Part shown: positions 40,772-53,142 of the stretch, in pieces
Numbering within the stretch: position 1 is the first letter of the stretch
Layout: the number at the start of each line of letters is the position of its first letter
Assembly (NCBI GenBank): GCA_951406725.2
Contig: OX597814.1
Span: forward strand, 131,502,001 to 131,566,000
Reading direction: 5' to 3'
Length of the DNA stretch: 64,000 nucleotides
Source: Octopus vulgaris
Taxonomy: Eukaryota
Position numbers and translations under genes: made by a program
The notes under the pieces: model-generated
Told to the model about the DNA's origin: nothing
Database searches by the model: none
Seen by the model: only the letters and a program-made list of their open reading frames with translations

Positions 40772-41157
40772 GATTTGACTGCGGCCATGCTGAAGCACCG
40801 CCTTTAGTCGAGCAAATCGACCCCGGGACTTATTCTTTGTAAGCCCAGTACTTATTCTATCGGTCTCTTTTGCCGAACCGCTAAGTGACGGGGATGTAAA
40901 CACACCAGCATCGGTTGTCAAGCAATGCTGGAGGGACAAACACAGACACACAAACATATACACACACATACATACATACATATATATATATACACATATA
41001 CGACAGGCTTCTTTCAGTTTCCGTCTACCAAATCCACTCACGAGGCTTTGGTCAGCCCGAGGCTATAGCAAAAGACACTTGCCCAAGATGCCAGGCAGTG
41101 GGACCGAACCCGGGACCATGTGGTTGGTTAGCAAGCTACTTACCACACAGCCACTTC
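40772..41157 (-). mobile_element. SINE family A
   Basis: Reverse complement of the family A unit. Confidence 0.85.
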
Positions 41158-42119
41158 TGAAACCCTCCACAGCATGTCCCTCGGAACATAATCATATGTG
41201 TGTTCCGCACCACCTTGAATACAGATCTAGTACCATCCTGTTTATTCTAGGTATCACAGGAGGTAGAGGTTGTTGTGGATAGATGTGTCAGGACTTGCAT
41301 GCATTTGGGTATCTCTGTTTACACTATTGACGACAAGCACCCATCTGCTGGCAAGCGTTTTTGCCAAAAATTTTTAATTCTGTTTTTAGCTGAGTTACAG
41401 ACCAAAAGTTGTCTCTTAAGTTCTCCTTAGCAGCATCAGTACAGCTGCATTCAGTATCCTTAGCATCAGTGCAGCTGCTAAGATAGTAGTAAAAATAATG
41501 ATGTCTGTATATGTATCTACATATATGTACAGACATGTCTGTATGTATAAGGAAGTTTGCTTCCTAACCTCATGGTTCTAGGTTCAGTTCCACTCTGTGA
41601 CCCCTTGGGCAAGTATATTCTACTAGTGCCTTGGGCTGACCAAAGCATTTGGCGGATGGAAACTGAAAAAGGACTATCATATATGTGTGTGTGTGTGTTT
41701 GAGTTTGTCCTCTAACCACTACTTGATAGCAGGTGTTGGTTTGTTTACATCCATGTAATTTAGCATTTTGACAAAAGAGACCAATAGGATAGATACCAGC
41801 AGACTTTAAAGAAAAAAAAGCCCTTTAAGGTGGTGCCCCAGCATGGCCACACTTCCGTGACTGAAAAAAAGTAAAAGCATTATCTGCACATAACATAACA
41901 CAAGTCCCACTTTATGATTGAATAAGAAATTATTAGGAATATATCCGAACTATAAAAAAAAAAAAAAAAATTTAAATTAACATCTTGGATGAAGCCCTCC
42001 ATCTTCATTTGGCATTCTGTAATGGATGACTCGCCTGAAAAACATATTGCTTCCTATTGCATTTCATAGCATCTCAACAAGTTGCTCAGACATTAGTGAT
42101 TAAAGAAAAGAATTCAAAG

Positions 42120-42630
42120 ATACGACTACTACTACTACTACTACTACTACCAACTACCACCAGCAATACTACTACTATTACTACTACTACTATGGCTGCT
42201 GCTTCTACTGCTGTTGTTGCTACAAACACTGTTACTACTACTACTACCATCACCACCACCACCGCTAGTACCACCTCCACTGTCACTGCTACTACTACCA
42301 ACATGACTGCTACCTTCTTACTATTACTACTACTACTACTACAGCTGCTGCTGCCACTGTTGATGCTACAGATACTACTACTACTACTACCACCACCACC
42401 ACTAGTATCACCTCCACTGCCACCATCACTGCTACTACTACCAGTTTGACTGCTACCCTCTTACTACTACTACTACCATCGCCGCTACCACTAGTACCAC
42501 CTCCACTGCCACCGTCACTACTACTACCAGCACAACTGCTATCCCTCTTACTACAACAACTACTACTACTACAACCACAACTACTACTACTACCACCACC
42601 ACTACCACAACTACTACTTTCACTACTACA
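42120..42630. repeat. Degenerate (CTA/CCA/CTG)n tract abutting the exon 10 acceptor
   Basis: Direct observation. Confidence 0.9.
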
Positions 42631-42653
42631 TATTTTTTTTTTTTCCATTTCAG

Positions 42654-42780
42654 ATATCTCCCAACTTGAAATATCATCTTGATTTCTATGATGATCCTTT
42701 GTACAGTAACCTTTATGATAGCTCACCTTTCTATACGACCAAAGAGAAGTACATTTATGTTAAAGCAAGAGTTTCTGGAG
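42654..42780 (+). CDS. TGFBR3: TGFBR3-like exon 10 (ZP-C start: YHLDFYDDPLY...PFY...YIYVKARV), phase 0-1
   Basis: catttcag / gtttgt; ZP-C internal hydrophobic patch-like motif. Confidence 0.88.
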
Positions 42781-43764
42781 GTTTGTTGCACTATATATAT
42801 TCTTTTCTACTCTAGGCACAAAGCCCGAGATTTTTGGGGGTGGGGGTCAGTCGATTAGTACCAGTACGCAACTGGTACTTAATTTATCAACCTCGAAAGG
42901 ATGAAAGGCCAAGTCGACCATTGCGGAATTTGATCTCCGAATGTAAACGCATAAAGGGTTCAGACGTAAAGAGTTCAAGTTCCACCAAGGTTGACTTTGC
43001 CTTTCATCCTTTCGAGGTCAATTAAATAAGTACCAGAGGAGAAAAAGATGTTGAATCAAAATTAGATTTAATACAAAATTGGATTCAATACATACGCACG
43101 TTTCAAAAGACAATACAAATATGTAAGAAAAAAATCATAATCATAGTAATTATATTTAAATTTATGCATTGTCATTCTCATCAGTGTGAGGAATTTTTGA
43201 AAGGACATCAACAAAGGTTTAATAAAATAAGATACAATAAGAGAGAATACAGATGGGGTAATAGGGAACAAGTAATAAAAGGGAAAAATAACAATAATAA
43301 TAATAGTGAGACAGACGAAAGAGAAGAAAACAGATATATCATTGATATGTCTGGTTTTTTTCTTTTTTCCTTTTACTACTTGTTTCTAATTATCCGATTT
43401 TTCCTATTACCCCATCAATATCTTATTTTACTATATTTTATTTTTTATTAAAAGCACGTAAAAAGCACCACTTGAGCATGGCTGATGCCAGTACCACCCA
43501 ACTGGCCCTCGTGCCAGTGGCACATAAAAGCACCCACTACACTTCCTGAGTGGTTGGCATTAGGAAGGGCATCCAGCTGTAAGAACTTTGCCAGATCAGA
43601 TTGGGGCCTGGTGCAGCCTTCTGGCTTGCCAGCCCTCAGTCAAAACATTCAACCCATGCCAGCATAGAAAGCAGATGTTGAACGACGATGATGATGATGA
43701 TGATGATGACATATACACACATAAATACACGTTATATATTTGATTTCTTTTTTATATTTACCAG

Positions 43765-43843
43765 ATTTACATTATGGAGTGCAAGTATTGAATTGTGCCT
43801 TGACGGAATATGGAAGAAGTATACAACCATTGCTGGACAAGGG
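43765..43843 (+). CDS. TGFBR3: TGFBR3-like exon 11 (DLHYGVQVLNCALT...PLLDKG), phase 1-2
   Basis: ttaccag / gtgagt; ZP-C Cys and LxxxG|CP junction. Confidence 0.87.
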
Positions 43844-44185
43844 GTGAGTGGGAACATCTTTCATAATGTTTGGATTGAATCAAAGCATCAATAAAGTGGA
43901 GGAATATTTGCGGTCGGTTCACAATTGCAGGCTGAAACCTATCCGGTTGCCTTCATATGCATTGCTATTAGACTAATCCAGAATTTTTTCTGTTTTCAAG
44001 CTGTGCGTGATTCCTGTAGTATATTAGAGCCAATTATGTACATGGCATCTACTGAAAGGTAGATCCGCTTTTGTTTTATTGTGTAATCAGAAAAGGAAAG
44101 GAACCAGTACTCATGACCATTTTTAAAATTTTCTTAAGGGGCTTCCTAGACAGGTGAAAGGAACCATAACTAATTGATAGCTATA

Positions 44186-45374
44186 CAGTGATCCCTTGTT
44201 TATCGCGGTAGATTGGTTCCAAGACCGGCCGTGATAACTGAATTTCTGCAAAGTAGGGACACCATATTTACAGTATTTATTTAACGTGTATTTGGACTTT
44301 TAAAACCCTCCCTGTACTGTTAACAACCCATTCATTACAGTAGTCTATTAATAACAAGGACAACTGTTAAGCAATAACACTTTAGATTTAAAAAAATAAA
44401 GATTGTTACTGTACTCAACACGAAAGAAGTTGAAGTAAAATTTGAATGATAAGCCAGTCCACTTATGCATACCTTTCCTTCTGGGACACAAAACTCTACT
44501 TGTGAAGACCTTTTGAGGCAAGTGAGAATCAGAATCAAAATCAAAATCGATCAACAATGGTAATTGTAGCTGTGATACCAGTGCCGGTGGCACGTAAGTG
44601 AACCATCCGAACGTGGCCATTGCCAGCGCCACCCCCGACGGGCCTCTGTGCCGGTGGCACGTAAAAGGCACCATCTGGTTGTGGCCGTTGCCGGCCTTGC
44701 CTAGCCCCCATGCCAGTGGCACGTAAAAGGCACCATCTGATTGTGGCCGTTGCCAGCCTCGCCTGGCCCCCATGCCGGTGGCACTTAAAAAGCACCATCC
44801 GACTGTGGCCGTTTGCCAGTCCCGCCTGGCACTTGTGCCGGTGGCATGTAAAAAGCACCCACTACACTCACGGAGTGGTTGGCGTTAGGAAGGGCATCCA
44901 GCCGTAGAAACATTGCCTGATCAGACTGGGCTTGGTGCAGTCTTCTGGCTTCCCAGACCCCAGTTGAACCGTCCAACACCTATGCTAGCATGGAAAGTGG
45001 ACACTAAATGATGTTGATGATGATGATGGTGATGAATTTGCTGCGCAGTAGAAATGATGATGATGAAGCTGACGGTGGTGCCCTTTCCTGGGACACCTCT
45101 TCCACTTCTTCCAAAAGTGCAGCCGTAGTAGTAGTAGCAGGAACTGGCTCTTTTTGCAAGGCTGCAAAAACATTGTGATAGGAAGTTACTGCCACTGCTT
45201 CTTTTTCCATTCAAAGAGCATCTTGTAGGGATTCATGACTTCGTCAACCTTCTTGCAAAATTGCACAGAATGAACCATATCATCGTCCCATTCCTGTTCA
45301 TATATATATATTTTTAAAATCCGCAAAGTCGTGAATCCGCAATAGTCAAACCGCGAAGAAGCGAGGGATCACTG
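44186..45374 (-). mobile_element. Tigger/pogo-type deletion derivative with transposase C-terminal relic; RTE 3' end nested at about 44452-45030
   Basis: Same TIRs as 2206-2706; minus strand encodes QEWDDDMVHSVQF...PYKMLFEWKKKQWQ*LPITMF. Confidence 0.75.
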
Positions 45375-45656
45375 CAGTAAGAAGCAAGACAGGAAGGTTT
45401 TCAGTTATCCCCTGACCACAGCTTTATTCAAGAACAGTTACTGTCTATCAAACAGGCTTCCATACCTATCTGTTTCCCCAACTTCACTCACAGGTTTGGG
45501 TTATTTTTAAACTTGTGAAAGAAAGCAAGAAAGAAACCATGAATCATTGGTTACCCTCAAACTCGAAACCTGATGTGAATACTTGCAAAAGTTGACTTCA
45601 ATCATCATGATACTCAAGATCCAGCTGGTTCTGTGTAAAACCAGGCAGTAGATTAA

Positions 45657-45861
45657 CCCTTTTGATACCAACCTGGTTGAAACCGGCTAAGCCTTGTTTT
45701 CAAAAATTCTGAATTAAAATCTTCAACCAAAGCTTAGCCACAATTTATGTTCCTAGCACTAGCTGAATGATAATTAAGTTATTTTACTAAATTCTTTGCT
45801 ATATTTAAAATTAATTGAAAGAAACACAGAGCATCTCAAAATAAATATGGTAACAAAAAGG
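45657..45861. mobile_element. piggyBac-like MITE
   Basis: TTAA-CCCTTTTGATACCA ... TGGTAACAAAAAGG-TTAA. Confidence 0.6.
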
Positions 45862-47580
45862 TTAAGTCTACCACCTATGAGCCAAACAGATAGAATACAA
45901 TCAATGTACTTACACACAGTTTCCACTGACCAAGTTTTATTTACAAGACTTATGTTGACTTGGGGATTTTGGTAGAAGATATTTGGCAGAGGTGTTGCAA
46001 AGTGAAATCAAAATTGGTGCCATGTGATTGTAAAGCAAACTTACAAGTGGCTATGACTTGGTAGCAGGTCCTATGCTTTCGCTAATTGTTTTAGGTGTGT
46101 CTGTAGTTGAAAGCCCACCAAAAGACCCAGTCTCTGTTGTTATGTGGTGGTGGCTTGTGTGCCTCAGTGGCTGAGAGAACTATGCCAACAAAGTGAAAGC
46201 TCCCTGTATGGCCTTCCTTATTGGGCAGGGCAAAGGATGAGGCCAGATTAATATGGACCACTTCTTCCCAGAGGTATAAATGGGTTTGAGTTGGGCCAAC
46301 ACCCCTACCTAGCAAAGAAAACGAAACATAATTACAGAAGCAGCAACAACAGTTTAAAAAACTGACAAAAACAGCAGAAAGTCTAGTCAAGAACAGTGAA
46401 AAAAGTTGTCAATGGCCTATGCTCCATAGGTTATGAAGGACTTAACAACCAAAAGTTGCAAGCAAACAGACACTATCTCAGCCTCCTCCTTCTTGACACA
46501 ATGAAACATTAATAATGTGACAATTGGCAAGAGCAAGGACTGCACCATCACAAGGATGGTACTTATTTTTCAGCTGTGTAAGTTGGGGCAATATGAAATG
46601 AATGCCTTACTTAAGGGCTCAATACACGATCTGTCAAGAAGTTGGTACCATAACTACATGATCATAAGATCACCTCCTAGTCTATGGGATAGACTACATA
46701 CAACTCAGCGCTGTAGGAAGCTGAGTTTTTGCCCTACAACTCCTAGTATTGCTATCCTACTAGGTTTGTCTCCCATTATAGGCTAGAGTGATACTCGCAA
46801 CAATAGCAGCAGCAGTAGCAGTAGTAGTAGTGGTTCTGGTATCATTGTTCTGTGTGTGATATAACTAATTAGAGTAGGTTGACAGTTCTTACCAGTGTTT
46901 CAGCGGTGCACAATCAATCAATTTAATCAGTTTGAGTTGTCATTAGCTTCTATTGCTTCACATGATCTATGGACAGGAAATGAAATGTGATAATTATGGA
47001 AATGTCACACTGATTATTTGAATAACTAATTACATGACTGTGCAAATGTGTTTGTATATGTGCTATATACATATACATGTATGTACATATGTATTACACA
47101 CATATATATACATATAAAAATGTGTGTGTGTCGTCATCATCATCAACATCATCATCATCCTCCTTCCATGCTGGCATATATATATATATATATAAATATG
47201 TGAGTGTGAGTGTGTACATATTACATGTGTGTATATGTATTTCTGTATAAGGATTTGCACATACAGGATTTAAATATGAGCTACTACACGTTTCATGCCA
47301 TTGATAATCCAATGGTCAGATGAGCTTGTATAATGTACTGTGTATGGCGGTGAGATTGATTATATATACATGCACACACTCCCATACATGCATGTGGGTA
47401 TATATATATTTATTTATATATATATATGTATATATATAAACATGTGTATATATATATATGTGCACATACACATACATATATATACATGCATAATGTATAT
47501 ATATATATATATATACATATATACATAAAACATGTAATATATATGTGCACATGCACATACATACATATATATACATGCAT

Positions 47581-47623
<43 letters not shown>

Positions 47624-47718
47624 GTCCAAATGCAATAGACAATAAAAGATGACAAATTAGGAGGAATGAGTTTCACTAATAAGATATTAACTTAATACTT
47701 TAATGGAAAGAGAAAGTG

Positions 47719-47754
47719 ACTTAACATTTCAGATGTTAGTCCTTCATCAGAAGT
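47719..47754 (-). ncRNA. Minimal hammerhead ribozyme motif
   Basis: ACTT-CTGATGA-A-GGA ctaaca TCT-GAAATGTT-AAGT; the two deviations are compatible with CpG decay. Confidence 0.55.
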
Positions 47755-48214
47755 AAGTAAAAAAAGAAGTATAGAGAAAGTGAAAGAGAAAAATTATCAA
47801 GAAGAGATAGAATTAAAATTGTGTGGAGTTAGAATTTAGGTGGTAATGTAAATAGGAGAAAGATGAAAGAAGAAATAAAAGCACACATACATGCATGCAC
47901 GCATATATATAAATACATAGCTGGACCAGGCTGCGTGTTGTGTTCTTGAGTAAGACACTTTATTTCACGTTGCTCCAGTTCACTCAGCTGTAGAAATGAG
48001 TTGCGACGTCACAGGTGCCAAGCTGTATTGGCCTTTGCCTTTCCCTCGGATAACACTAGTGGCATGGAGTGGGGAGGCCGGTATGCATGGGCGACTGCTG
48101 GTCGTCCATAAACAAACTTCCCCGTTCTTGTGCCTGGGAGGGTAACTTCCTAGGTGCAATCCCATGGTCAGTCATGACCGAAGGGGGTCTCAGCATATAT
48201 ATATATATATATAT

Positions 48215-48250
<36 letters not shown>

Positions 48251-48265
48251 GTTTAACGATGATCA

Positions 48266-48305
<40 letters not shown>

Positions 48306-48711
48306 AAAGCACCCACTACACTCTCAGAGTGGTTGGCATTAGGAAGGACATCCAGCTGTAGAAACTCTGCCAGATCAAAATTGGAGCTTGGTGCAGCCAT
48401 CTGGTTCGCCAGCCCTCAGTCAAATCGTCCAACCCATGCTAGCATGGAAAGCGGACGTTAAACAATGATGATGATGATGATATATGTGTGTGCGTGTGTG
48501 TTTAACTGTCTCCTTGACTTGACATCGCATGATAGCTGTAAATGAGTTTCACTGTCATAGAAGCAGTGTCCTTTATTTCCAGTCTGGTGTGAAAACTGGC
48601 CTGGCCATAGAAAATCTGCCTAAACAAATTTTATGTGACCCCTGTGAACATGGAAATATAGATGTCAAAACATTGATGACAACAATGCTGAACTTTTCTT
48701 ATTTTTTACAG

Positions 48712-48889
48712 GTGTCCTTCTCTACATAGTGGACTCAAGTGGCAACTGAATAATCAATTAGGTACTGAGTATTTCAGTTTTCGGGTGAACCCACATGTTG
48801 CTGAAGGCACTGAACATCACCTGAGTTGTACAGTAATTGCATGTGCCAAAGATATCACTCTGGAAACTGGGACATGGAAAACTCGTCAG
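48712..48889 (+). CDS. TGFBR3: TGFBR3-like exon 12 (CPSLHSG...YFSFRV...HLSCTVIACAK...), phase 2-0
   Basis: ttttacag / gtaatt; FSF and LxCxxxxC ZP-C motifs. Confidence 0.9.
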
Positions 48890-50156
48890 GTAATTAATTC
48901 CTTATTATTGCAAACAATTATCATCAGATCTGTGGAGGCACATGGCCTAGTGGTTAGAGCAGCGTATTCGCGGTCGAGGGATCGCCGGCTTGAATCTTAG
49001 ACCGGGCGATGTGTGTGAAACACCTAAGCTCCACGCGGCTCCGGCAGAAGGTAATGGCAAACTTCTGCTGACTCTTTCGCCACAGCTTTCTGTCTCTCTT
49101 TCCTCCTGCATCTTGCAGCTCACCTGTTACGGACTGGCATCCCATCCAGGTGGGGAACTTATACATCAAGGAAATCGGGAAACCAGCCCTATGAGCCAGG
49201 CATGGCTCGAGAAGGAACAAACAACAATCATCATATCCACAATCTTTGTATTCCAATCATACCTGAATATAGAATAAAACCACTTCCATCTGTTTATATG
49301 TTTATTTGATTGATTTAGTGATTGCTTTGTTTAAGAAAACAAACGAGGTTTGAAATTTACTATAGCTGTTTTGGTAGCATTTTATTGATGTATACATAGA
49401 TTACATCACAGCATAAATCTGCTATTCTCAGGTAAAATTCTAAACATTTATAAACAAGCAATGTAAAACCTAGATGATGATCTATTCACTAAGTAACATG
49501 ATGAGTAAGTGATATTTTGAAAAAGAACAGTTGAATTTTATAGAGAAAATGAAGCAAAAGGATAATTCTAGGAGCAAAGAGGTCAAAATAATCCAATGTT
49601 TCAAGCTGTGATCTTAAGTTATTTATAGTCCTGACCTGTTGTGAAGACAAGCAGGAAGCAGGCAGGCCATCCAAACCATTTCTAGCAAAATCAGAAAGAT
49701 AAAACTTCAGAATGACGTAAAGCTGTCTTGTCCATTTCATGTTAGAACACAAAACAAATGCACACACACACACACACACACAAATACACACACACGCATT
49801 CATTCATTTACAGTTTTACATAAGTATACACTTCACTAACTATGCTACATGTGCATGCACAATTAGTGCGACATGTGGATTCAGAGAATCTTGTTGTTCT
49901 TGCAGAAAGCTCCACTTGTAGATTCTGCTATCAGTCTACATGGTAATCAATTACAAAGAAGTGTAATATAGAATGTTCATAGTGAAATTAATACTACACG
50001 ATGAAGGTTCTGAAACAGCTGTAACCCTATGGAAGTCATGTGGCCTCACTTTATGGTTTTATGTGTATGTGTGTATGAAGGGGTGCTAAAAAGTTCCTGG
50101 CTTTAAAGATATCGCGAAAGCAGACATTAAATGACGACGACGACGACGATGATGAT

Positions 50157-50203
<47 letters not shown>

Positions 50204-51058
50204 CAAAATCAAAATCAAAAATCAAAATCGATCAACATGAATGGAATTGTAGCTGTGCCGGTGGCACATAAGAGAATCATCCGAATGTGGCCGTTGCCAG
50301 CACTGCCCCGACTGGCTTCCGTGTCGGTGGCACGTAAAAAGCACCATCCGATCGTGGCCGCTACACTCATGGAGTGGTTGGCGTTAGGAAGGGCATCCAG
50401 CCGTAGAAACATTGCCAGATCAGACTGGGCCTGGTGCAGCCTTCTGGCTTCCCAGACCCCAGTTGCACCGTCCAACCCATGCCAGTATGGAAAGCGGATG
50501 CTAAACAATGATGACGATGATGATATATATATACACACACACATATATATAGTCCATGCTGGGGTCTTATCTCTAAAGGCTTAGTCAAAGAGATCACAAC
50601 CAGTATTTAGATTTGCTCAGCTTTATATAAAGTTTGGTAGTTATTTTATTTGTCTCTTATGTTAAAGCACTGAGTTACAGAAAAGTAAGAATACAAACAC
50701 TAACACACACACACACACACATAAACACACGGACACACATGATGGACTTTTGTACAGTTTCCATCTACCAGATTCTCTCAGAGATTACTGGACAGTGAGA
50801 CTGAATCAAAAACCTCATCATTGCAAAATTAGCTGATAGCCATGTATGGGCATGGGTGTGTGTTTGTGTGTGTATGTGTAAATATGTTCAATGAAAAGCA
50901 GAAAATATAATATTATTTACAATGTTCTGCATATCTTGTCTGATTTTTATGCTTTAAATTAACATCAAAACACTTTCTGTATTAATTATTGAGAAACGAA
51001 AAAAAGAAATTTATTGATGTATTTAATTATATATATATATTTCTGTTTTTTATTGCAG

Positions 51059-51179
51059 TGCATTGCTCCAAAAGAATTTTGTTCTGCTTATGATGAGCAT
51101 AATAGCTTTGTTGGGGTGCAGTTAGTGAAAGTTATAAGTGAGGGATCTTTCATTGTTCACTCAGGAAAATCTTTATCAC
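51059..51179 (+). CDS. TGFBR3: TGFBR3-like exon 13 (CIAPKEFCS...ISEGSFIVH, EHP-like region), phase 0-1
   Basis: attgcag / gtaagc; CxxPxExC as in betaglycan CVPPDEAC. Confidence 0.88.
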
Positions 51180-51453
51180 GTAAGCAACAGACTTTCTTCA
51201 GATACCTCAATCCTTTCTTACAATATTTTTGTTGAAATACACTACTTACATTTCAAATAAAATTAGAAATAACGAAGAATTTAATTAAAACATTATGTAT
51301 GTATTAAGCTTATTTCTGGAACATAAATTAATAGGAAAGTTTCATGGAAGCTTTTAATTTATGTTACTTTGAAGCAGGAAGTTTGTATCATAGAACCAAG
51401 GGTAGTCCCAGATAGATTGGTGCCAAAAGGGTTACTATATTTCACAACCCATA

Positions 51454-51683
51454 AGGCGGCGAGCTGGCAGAAACGTTAGCACATCGGGTGAAATGCGTAG
51501 CCGTATTTCGTCTGTCGTTACGTTCTGAGTTCAAATTCCGCCGAGGTCGACTTTGTCTTTCATCCTTTTGGGGTCGATTAAATGAGTACCAGTTACACAC
51601 TGGGGTTGATGTAATCGACTTAATCCATTTGTCTGTCCTTGTTTATCTCCTCTATGTGTAGCCCCTTGTGGGTAGTAAAGAAA
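51454..51683 (+). mobile_element. SINE family B, full length, well preserved
   Basis: ggcggcgagctggcagaaacgttagc...gagttcaaattccgccgaggtcgact...aaagaaata. Confidence 0.85.
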
Positions 51684-52149
51684 TATATATTTCGTAACCC
51701 ATATATGAGTGGTTTATATTGCTGTTGATGACATGTGAATTTCAATGATGTTCTATATATAACTATCGTATCTTTTTTAACTGGTACTTAGCATATAGGT
51801 GCAGGAGTGGCTGTGTGGTAAGTAGCTAAAAGAACCTAAAGATCAGTGGCAGTTGTAAACTAGATAGTATATTAGGCCTGCCACCTGTGATTAGAGTTAC
51901 TGCAAATTGTTAGTCTTACCAACCATGTTAGATAGGTGTATTAGCCAAGGTAAAAATCTACCATCTATGGTTTTTCCATAGTATCAAATGTGCCATCAAA
52001 CATCTAGTGAGAAGAGAATCAGACCTACGTGCTTAAAATCTACACAAGGTGTAAGAGTCAGAAACATTTACACTTTATTTCTTAAAAAAAAATTTTTTTT
52101 TACCTTTTTGTTCAGTGAAATCTCACCTGATAATATTTTGATATTGCAG

Positions 52150-52302
52150 GCAATAAGAATAACAGACTTCCAAGTAAAACCAGTATTAAACAGGTCACTG
52201 TACAAGGCCTGGAATCAGGCACAGTAATTGGAATAGCTTTTTCAGCATTTATCATTGGTGTGCTTCTTACAGCTACCTTGTGGTTCATACAGGTATATAC
52301 AG
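52150..52302 (+). CDS. TGFBR3: TGFBR3-like exon 14, transmembrane exon (GLESGTVIGIAFSAFIIGVLLTATLWFIQVYT), phase 1-1
   Basis: attgcag / gtgagt; very close to the betaglycan TM [32 protein letters not shown]. Confidence 0.92.
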
Positions 52303-52358
52303 GTGAGTGAACAGAACTTATCCATTCTTTTGTCACACAGGATGACATTTTAAATATT

Positions 52359-52500
52359 TGCAGTGTGGAAGGTGTTTATAAGCCATTTAAGAAACACACA
52401 AAAACTGTTAGATTTACTTCAAATTAAATTTAAATGTTGAAGTGAATCTAACGGTCTTTGTTTGCTTCTTAAATGGCTTATAAACAACTTCCACGCTACA
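52359..52500. repeat. Long imperfect inverted repeat (~64-bp arms)
   Basis: gtggaaggtgtttataagccatttaagaa / ttcttaaatggcttataaacaacttccac. Confidence 0.88.
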
Positions 52501-52824
52501 ATTGTTTTTGTTCCAGCACACAATCTCAGATCAGGTCACGTGCTATGCAAGTACATCTCCATAATTTTGAATATTGTTGATCTGTGAAATCTTTGAATAT
52601 TCCAAATGACTTCTAGAACATGCAAAATTACTGATATTGTACAAATACTGCTGTATGTTGTCAATACCATATTTGCAAGAAAGTGTTTTGTGCTCATGAA
52701 AATGGTACAATGACAATGTTTCATTGTCTACACTGCAATTTCAGTGATAGAATGAGATTTATGGAACATCTGAAGTCATATTATTTACATTCGACGGATA
52801 TTTGTCCTCATCTTGTTTGTTGTT

Positions 52825-52870
52825 AACTCAACGTTTCGGCTGATATACCCTCCAGCCTTCTTCAGGAGTC
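52825..52870 (-). ncRNA. Minimal type I hammerhead ribozyme, core intact
   Basis: GACTC-CTGAAGA-A-GGCTG gagggtatat CAGCC-GAAACGTT^GAGTT. Confidence 0.75.
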
Positions 52871-53096
52871 TTGGGGAAATTTTGAACCTGGGTTCTCATT
52901 CCTAAGGTATTCTAGGATGTTATTATTATAATTATTATTGTTCAGATCTTATATGGCGTAGTGGTTAAGAGCGCGGACTAACCCCAAGATTCCGAGTTCG
53001 ATTCCAAGCAGTGACCTGAACAATAATAATTATAATAATAATAATAACATCAAAGAATACCTTAGGAATGAGAACCCAGGTTCAAAATTTCCCCAA

Positions 53097-53142
53097 AACA
53101 CCTGAAGAAGGCCGGAGGGTATATCAGCCAAAACATTGTGTT
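53097..53142 (+). ncRNA. Minimal hammerhead ribozyme, probably inactive (G12 to A)
   Basis: AACAC-CTGAAGA-A-GGCCG...CAGCC-AAAACATT-GTGTT. Confidence 0.6.

Noticed and set aside
42057-42682. Mucin-like Thr-rich or poly-Leu ORFs next to exon 10 (also 6782-7152)
   Set aside because: Trinucleotide repeat translations; the gene splices in phase without them
52946-53015. Functional tRNA gene
   Set aside because: A and B boxes are present but no acceptor stem or proper anticodon arm; it is a tRNA-derived head
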